Both the position numbers and the translations under genes were made by a program. Below, piece by piece: positions 58,944 through 64,000 of a stretch of DNA of 64,000 bases (positions are counted from its first letter, which is position 1; each line of letters starts with the position of its first letter). The stretch lies in contig JAWODC010000036.1 of the NCBI GenBank assembly GCA_046483495.1, positions 47,260 to 111,259 on the forward strand, read 5' to 3'. Source of the stretch: Desulfobacterales bacterium (GTDB lineage Bacteria > Desulfobacterota > Desulfobacteria > Desulfobacterales > UBA5616). Below the pieces are notes generated by a model, which searched no databases, was not told the origin of the DNA, and was given only the letters and a program-made list of their open reading frames with translations.

Positions 58944-59927
58944 ATGAAAACGAGAATTACCGAAATGCTTGGGATTAAATACCCGATTCTCTGCGGCGGC
59001 ATGATGCGGCTGGCCTATCCTCCATTGTGCGCAGCCATTAGCAATGCAGGCGGCCTCGGGAATCTGACCGCCGCCATGTATTCGGGAAAAGAAGATCTTC
59101 GAACGGCCATTCAGGAGGTCCGAAAATTGACGGATAAGCCTTTCATGGTGAACGTTACCCTCCTTCCGGCCATTGCCGTGGGGCCCGAACAATATCGGGG
59201 ATATTTCGAGGCCTGTGCCGAAGAAAACGTCGCGGCCATGGAAATCGGCGGCACCCCCTTGAACCGGTTTGAAGACGGCAGATACCTGACGCTCCTGAAA
59301 GATGCCGGCGTCAAGTTGTTTCACAAAGTCGGCGCGGTAAAGCACGGCAAGAGCGTGGCCAGGGCCGGGTATGACGGCGTGATCGCCGCGGGAGTAGAGG
59401 AAGGCGGCCATCCCTTAAACGAAAACGTCGCCACGACCGTCCTGACCCCCCGTATGGTCGAGGAAATCGAAATTCCGGTGGTTACCGCAGGCGGCATGGC
59501 CAATGGAAAAAGTCTTGCCGCTGCCTTGTGTTTAGGTGCGGAAGGCATTCTGATGGCTACACGGTTTATTAACACCTATGAGTGCCGGGTCCATGAAAAG
59601 GTGCATCAGGTGCTGATCGATCGGCAGGAGAATGAAACCGTTCTGTACGGAAATTCCATCGGGCTTCAGGGCCGCGCGCTGGTCAACGATTCCATTCGAA
59701 AGGTTATGGAAATCGAAGCGCGGGGCGGCAGCCTGGAAGAAATAATTCCCCATCTTTCCGGCCAATACGGCGATGCCATCTGGCAGGAGGGCAAGATGGA
59801 TACGGGCCTCATTCCCGTGGGCCAGTCCATGGGATTAATTCACGATGTCTTAACCTGCAAAGAATTGCTGGACGGCATGGTTCAAGAGGCCGAGGACATA
59901 CTCAATCGGGTACGGGCGAAATTCTGA
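58944..59927 (+). CDS. Nitronate monooxygenase / FabK-family flavoprotein (tandem paralog)
   Basis: YPILCGGM, SNAGGLG, TDKPF, EEGGH, AGGMANG, MATRF. Confidence 0.9.
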   Translation: MKTRITEMLGIKYPILCGGMMRLAYPPLCAAISNAGGLGNLTAAMYSGKEDLRTAIQEVRKLTDKPFMVNVTLLPAIAVGPEQYRGYFEACAEENVAAMEIGGTPLNRFEDGRYLTLLKDAGVKLFHKVGAVKHGKSVARAGYDGVIAAGVEEGGHPLNENVATTVLTPRMVEEIEIPVVTAGGMANGKSLAAALCLGAEGILMATRFINTYECRVHEKVHQVLIDRQENETVLYGNSIGLQGRALVNDSIRKVMEIEARGGSLEEIIPHLSGQYGDAIWQEGKMDTGLIPVGQSMGLIHDVLTCKELLDGMVQEAEDILNRVRAKF

Positions 59928-59954
59928 CCCGGCAAGCCGGAAAAAAGCATGGCT

Positions 59955-60004
59955 GGAAGGTGAGAAGAGGTTTTGCCGATGCCCGACTCTCACCTTCCTT
60001 TTTT
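59955..60004 (+). terminator. Probable intrinsic terminator
   Basis: GGAAGGTGAGA...TCTCACCTTCC followed by a T run. Confidence 0.55.
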
Positions 60005-60149
60005 ACAAGCTGTCTCAAAATAATCTTTTGTCCCCATATCTTCGTTGGAACTGCATGTTACGTCCTCAACATACATGAGTACGCCTGCGGCTTAACATGC
60101 GGTTCCGCCTTGATCTTGAACCAGAATATTATTTTGAGATAGCTTGTAT

Positions 60150-60953
60150 TCAAATCATGCCGGCACGATGATAAAGATCGAAGAAATGATGGGTGGGACC
60201 GTGCCCCCGGCCGATGTCCAGGCAATTGGCAATGGCCCCGGTGACATACTTCTTGGCCTGGATTGCCGCCTCGAAGAATGCTCTTCCAAGAGCCAGGTTG
60301 GCGGCAATGGCGGAAGAAAACGTGCATCCGGTCCCGTGCGTGTTTTTCGTGTTCACCCGCAAATCGGTCAGCTCCTGGAAGGTCGATCCATCGTAAAGGA
60401 CATCCGTGGCATGGCGTCCTCCCAAATGTCCCCCTTTTACCACGACGTTTTCGGCGCCTATTTCCCGAATGCGGCGGGCCGCCGTTTTCATCTGATCAAT
60501 GGAGGTGATCGGCGATTCCACAAGTGCTTCGGCTTCGTGGATATTGGGAGTCACAACGTGGGCCAGGGGAAAAAGGCGGGAGACGAGAGCCTTCCGGGCA
60601 TCCTGCTTCAACAGCGCATAGCCGCTCTTTGAAATCATCACCGGATCCAGGACGACCGGCGGCCCGGAAACCGCGGATAGCGCATCGGCGACAGCCTGGA
60701 TGAGTTCGATGCTCGAAACCATGCCTATTTTTACGGCGTCGATAGTGATATCATCGAACAGGCAGCGAATCTGATCGTATACGATTTGCGGGCGCATTTC
60801 CTGCACCGCAAATACTCTTTGGGTATTTTGAACCGTAACCGCGGTTACAGCGCTCATGCCGTACACCCCCAGCGCCTGGAAGGTTTTGATGTCCGCCTGG
60901 ATACCGGCGCCGCCACACGAATCCGATCCGGCTATCGTCAAAGCGACTTTCAT
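60150..60953 (-). CDS. thiD: Hydroxymethylpyrimidine/phosphomethylpyrimidine kinase
   Basis: [40 protein letters not shown]. Confidence 0.96.
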   Translation of the reverse strand: MKVALTIAGSDSCGGAGIQADIKTFQALGVYGMSAVTAVTVQNTQRVFAVQEMRPQIVYDQIRCLFDDITIDAVKIGMVSSIELIQAVADALSAVSGPPVVLDPVMISKSGYALLKQDARKALVSRLFPLAHVVTPNIHEAEALVESPITSIDQMKTAARRIREIGAENVVVKGGHLGGRHATDVLYDGSTFQELTDLRVNTKNTHGTGCTFSSAIAANLALGRAFFEAAIQAKKYVTGAIANCLDIGRGHGPTHHFFDLYHRAGMI

Positions 60954-61188
60954 GGCAAACCGCCTTTTTTGTAATTGGTTAAAAACGAAACGCTTGTGAC
61001 CTGATCGATATGAAAATATCGGTTCGATTTCAGGTTGGCAAGGAATTTGTGAGATGGAGCCGCTTTGGAATCGGCGGCCTTTGTTCCGATTTGTTCAGCT
61101 CTATGCTACACGCCCAATGCTTATGGCCGATTAAGAATCAAACCTTTTAATTGCCTCTTTCAACAGGACTACCCAAAAGGAGCAGGTT

Positions 61189-62025
61189 ATGCACTCTGAA
61201 TTCAAGGGTAAGACCGTGATGATCACCGGAGCCGGCAAACACACCGGCATCGGTTTCGGAACGGCGAACAAAATGGCATCGTACGGCGCCAATGTGGTGG
61301 TGACGGACCTTAAATCACCGCCGATAAAGGATGCGCCGATCGCTTACGGTTCTCTGGATGAACTGAAAATGATCGCAGATGAATTGAACGCCCGATACGG
61401 CGTTAAAACGCTCGCCCTGGAAATGGATGTGACACGTTCCGATTCGGTAAATGCCGCGATGGAGGCGGTGAAAGAAACTTTCGGATCACTCGATTTCTTG
61501 TGCAACAACGCCGGCACCGCCATAGGCGCACCGCAGAATACGCATGAATATGATGAAAGCGCTTGGGTGAACACGGTCGATGTCAATCTTCACGGGGTGT
61601 TCAGAGTCTCTAAGGCCGCCGTTCCGCTAATGACAAATCCACCCTGCGCCATCGTCAACATTGCATCGCGGGCGGGGAAGACACCCGCCAAATTGAACGG
61701 TGCCTATTCGGTTTCCAAAGCCGGGGCCATTATGATCACCAAGGTTATGGCTCTTGAGCTTGCCGAAAAACAAATCCGGGTGAATGCGGTCTGCCCGGGA
61801 CTGATCATGACCGATCTTCAGGTCGGCAATATTGCTTTGAAGGCCGTCGTGTTCGGAACATCGGCTGAGGAGGCCGAAGAGCAGTTGAAGCGCACGGTTC
61901 CATTGAATCGGATCGGCAGCATCGACGAAGTGGCTGATCTGTCCGCATTTTTGCTTTCCAGCCGATCCGCTTATATTACCGGGCAGGCCATCAATATCGG
62001 TGGCGGCATCTTAATGGAAGTCTAG
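61189..62025 (+). CDS. Short-chain dehydrogenase/reductase
   Basis: TGAGKHTGIG, NNAG, NIAS, YSVSK, VNAVCPG. Confidence 0.92.
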   Translation: MHSEFKGKTVMITGAGKHTGIGFGTANKMASYGANVVVTDLKSPPIKDAPIAYGSLDELKMIADELNARYGVKTLALEMDVTRSDSVNAAMEAVKETFGSLDFLCNNAGTAIGAPQNTHEYDESAWVNTVDVNLHGVFRVSKAAVPLMTNPPCAIVNIASRAGKTPAKLNGAYSVSKAGAIMITKVMALELAEKQIRVNAVCPGLIMTDLQVGNIALKAVVFGTSAEEAEEQLKRTVPLNRIGSIDEVADLSAFLLSSRSAYITGQAINIGGGILMEV

Positions 62026-62201
62026 CCGACCGAATATTCCGGCTGGTCGCGTGGTGGTTGATAACGAATTCCGCACGGCATCTTTTCCGATTCCAAGAAA
62101 AAATTATTTTGAATTATTTTTATTAGTCTGTTATTAAAACCGATAAATGTATTTTGGGTATAATATACAGAAGAATTAAAGATGCATTATCGGGGGGTCG
62201 G

Positions 62202-63731
62202 ATGCTTTCCGGAATATACAGCAGCACCATGATCGGAATCGATGCCTATGTGGTCGAGGTGGAAGTGGATATCAATTTCGGCCTGCCAAGCTTTACCACG
62301 GTGGGCCTCCCCGAAACCGCGGTGAAAGAAAGCAAGGAGCGGGTAAAGTCCGCCGTCAACAATTCCGGATTCGAGTTTCCCAATGATCGCATCACCGTGA
62401 ATCTCGCCCCGGCCAATATCAAAAAAGAGGGAACCGGATTCGACCTGCCCATAGCCGTCGGCATTTTGTGCGCCACCGGCGTTTTGTCCCCTCAAACCGT
62501 CCAGAAACATGTTATCGTAGGTGAACTCTCCTTAGACGGAAGAATAAAACCCGTAAAAGGGGCCCTTTCCATGGCCCATACCGCCGGGCGGCATCAATTC
62601 ACCGGCATTGTCCTGCCCTATGATAACCGGCGGGAGGCTGCCGTCATTCAAGGGGTATCCGTGATCCCCGTGTCCAATTTATCCCAGGTGGTCAATTATT
62701 TTCGAGGCACAACCCAAATAGAACGGGAACGTGCCGATATCGGCTGCATGTTTGACGTGACAAGCAGTTCCGAGATCGATTTTTCCGAGGTCAAAGGTCA
62801 GGAGCATGCCAAACGTGCCATGGAAATCGCGGCCGCCGGCGGCCACAATCTGCTGATGATCGGCCCACCGGGATCGGGCAAAACGATGCTGGCCAGGCGG
62901 CTCTGCACCATTCTTCCCCCGCTGACGTTTGACGAAGCAGTGGAAACCACCAAGATATACAGTATTGCGGGCAGCCTGGGGAGAAACCAGGCACTTGTCA
63001 CCAAGCGCCCGTTCAGTTCCCCGCACCATACGATTTCAGATGCCGGCCTGATCGGCGGCGGCCATATACCGAAACCCGGAGAGGTGAGCATGGCCCATAA
63101 CGGCGTCCTTTTCCTCGATGAACTCCCGGAATTCAAAAAGCACGTCCTCGAAGTGCTTCGCCAGCCGCTGGAAGAAACCCGGGTCACCATTTCACGGGCG
63201 GCGACGACGATCACGTATCCCTCGAATTTCATGCTGGTGGCGGCCATGAACCCCTGCCCGTGCGGCTACTTCTCAGACCCAAAGCATACATGCGTTTGCA
63301 GCCATCACCAAATCCATCGTTACCGCTCGAAAATATCCGGCCCCCTGCTCGACCGCATCGACATCCACGTGGATGTACCGGCGGTGCCCTACAAGGACCT
63401 GATGTCGGTGAATGAAACGGAATCTTCCAAGGCCATTCGGGAAAGGGTCTTCAAGGCACGCCAGATCCAGGAAAAACGATTCCATCAAACCCGCATTCAC
63501 TGCAATGCCAAGATGGCCAATCGCCACATCAAGCAGTACTGCGCAATAGGCTCCGATTCCAACGAACTGCTGGAATCCGCCGTAGACAAGCTCGGATTAT
63601 CGGCCCGCGCCTACAACCGGATTCTAAAAATCGCCCGCACCATCGCCGATCTCGAAGGCATCCGCGATATCGAGGCGCGCCACGTTGCCGAATCGATCCA
63701 GTACCGGAGCCTCGACAGAAAACACTTTTAG
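62202..63731 (+). CDS. comM: YifB/ComM family Mg-chelatase-like AAA+ ATPase
   Basis: [58 protein letters not shown]. Confidence 0.93.
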   Translation: MLSGIYSSTMIGIDAYVVEVEVDINFGLPSFTTVGLPETAVKESKERVKSAVNNSGFEFPNDRITVNLAPANIKKEGTGFDLPIAVGILCATGVLSPQTVQKHVIVGELSLDGRIKPVKGALSMAHTAGRHQFTGIVLPYDNRREAAVIQGVSVIPVSNLSQVVNYFRGTTQIERERADIGCMFDVTSSSEIDFSEVKGQEHAKRAMEIAAAGGHNLLMIGPPGSGKTMLARRLCTILPPLTFDEAVETTKIYSIAGSLGRNQALVTKRPFSSPHHTISDAGLIGGGHIPKPGEVSMAHNGVLFLDELPEFKKHVLEVLRQPLEETRVTISRAATTITYPSNFMLVAAMNPCPCGYFSDPKHTCVCSHHQIHRYRSKISGPLLDRIDIHVDVPAVPYKDLMSVNETESSKAIRERVFKARQIQEKRFHQTRIHCNAKMANRHIKQYCAIGSDSNELLESAVDKLGLSARAYNRILKIARTIADLEGIRDIEARHVAESIQYRSLDRKHF

Positions 63732-64000
63732 CAGCGCACGAATCGCGGTCCCCGACCTTTTAACAATTCCGGATCGAGTCTCTCCCCCATTTTGCCCAAT
63801 CGGGCATTTTTCCATGTAAAAAAAGGCAATTTACCCGATTCTTAAACCATGGCCGCCGCAAATGCCGTATTTGAGCCGATTTTAATCCTGGTATATTTCT
63901 TGCGTAAATTTATCCATACATTACCAACGATTGACTTATTCTGATAAAAACCCATCGTGAATGGGTGCTTCATATTTCGCCACTTTTGATAATGTACACG

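Noticed and set aside
60954..61188. TPP riboswitch expected upstream of thiD
   Set aside because: No CTGAGA or other TPP aptamer consensus seen on the minus strand.

Overview
Gene-dense core-chromosome window, most likely from an anaerobic deltaproteobacterium (Desulfobacterota-like; inferred from gene content). In order it holds: aconitase acnA (runs off the left edge); an acyl-CoA synthetase / 2-hydroxyacyl-CoA dehydratase-family (HgdABC/Bcr-like) / Fe-S protein / SDR / CooC cluster; a CooC-deacetylase-CBS-methyltransferase-MBL-RACo run; phasin-like + UbiB + NifA-like activator converging on glnE-glnD-amtB-glnB-glnA, with a clear sigma-54 promoter; a second dehydratase pair; panC-metK-ahcY; ssb; tatA; a MesB-like core methionine synthase; MoxR/VWA; tatD; a degenerate IS1595-type transposase directly upstream of nfnAB; two nitronate-monooxygenase/FabK-family genes; thiD; an SDR; and comM/yifB. 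I saw no rRNA, tRNA or CRISPR array. The strongest oddities are: (1) a probably domesticated IS1595 transposase whose first catalytic motif is replaced by a Cys cluster, placed at the head of nfnAB; (2) ~145 bp palindromic MITE/ERIC-like elements whose ends coincide with host TAG stop codons; (3) an SDR lacking its catalytic Lys, next to an internally duplicated unknown protein and CooC; (4) an apparent ATA start codon for panC; (5) a terminator in the leader of the methionine synthase. All calls come from reading motifs by eye; no database searches were run.
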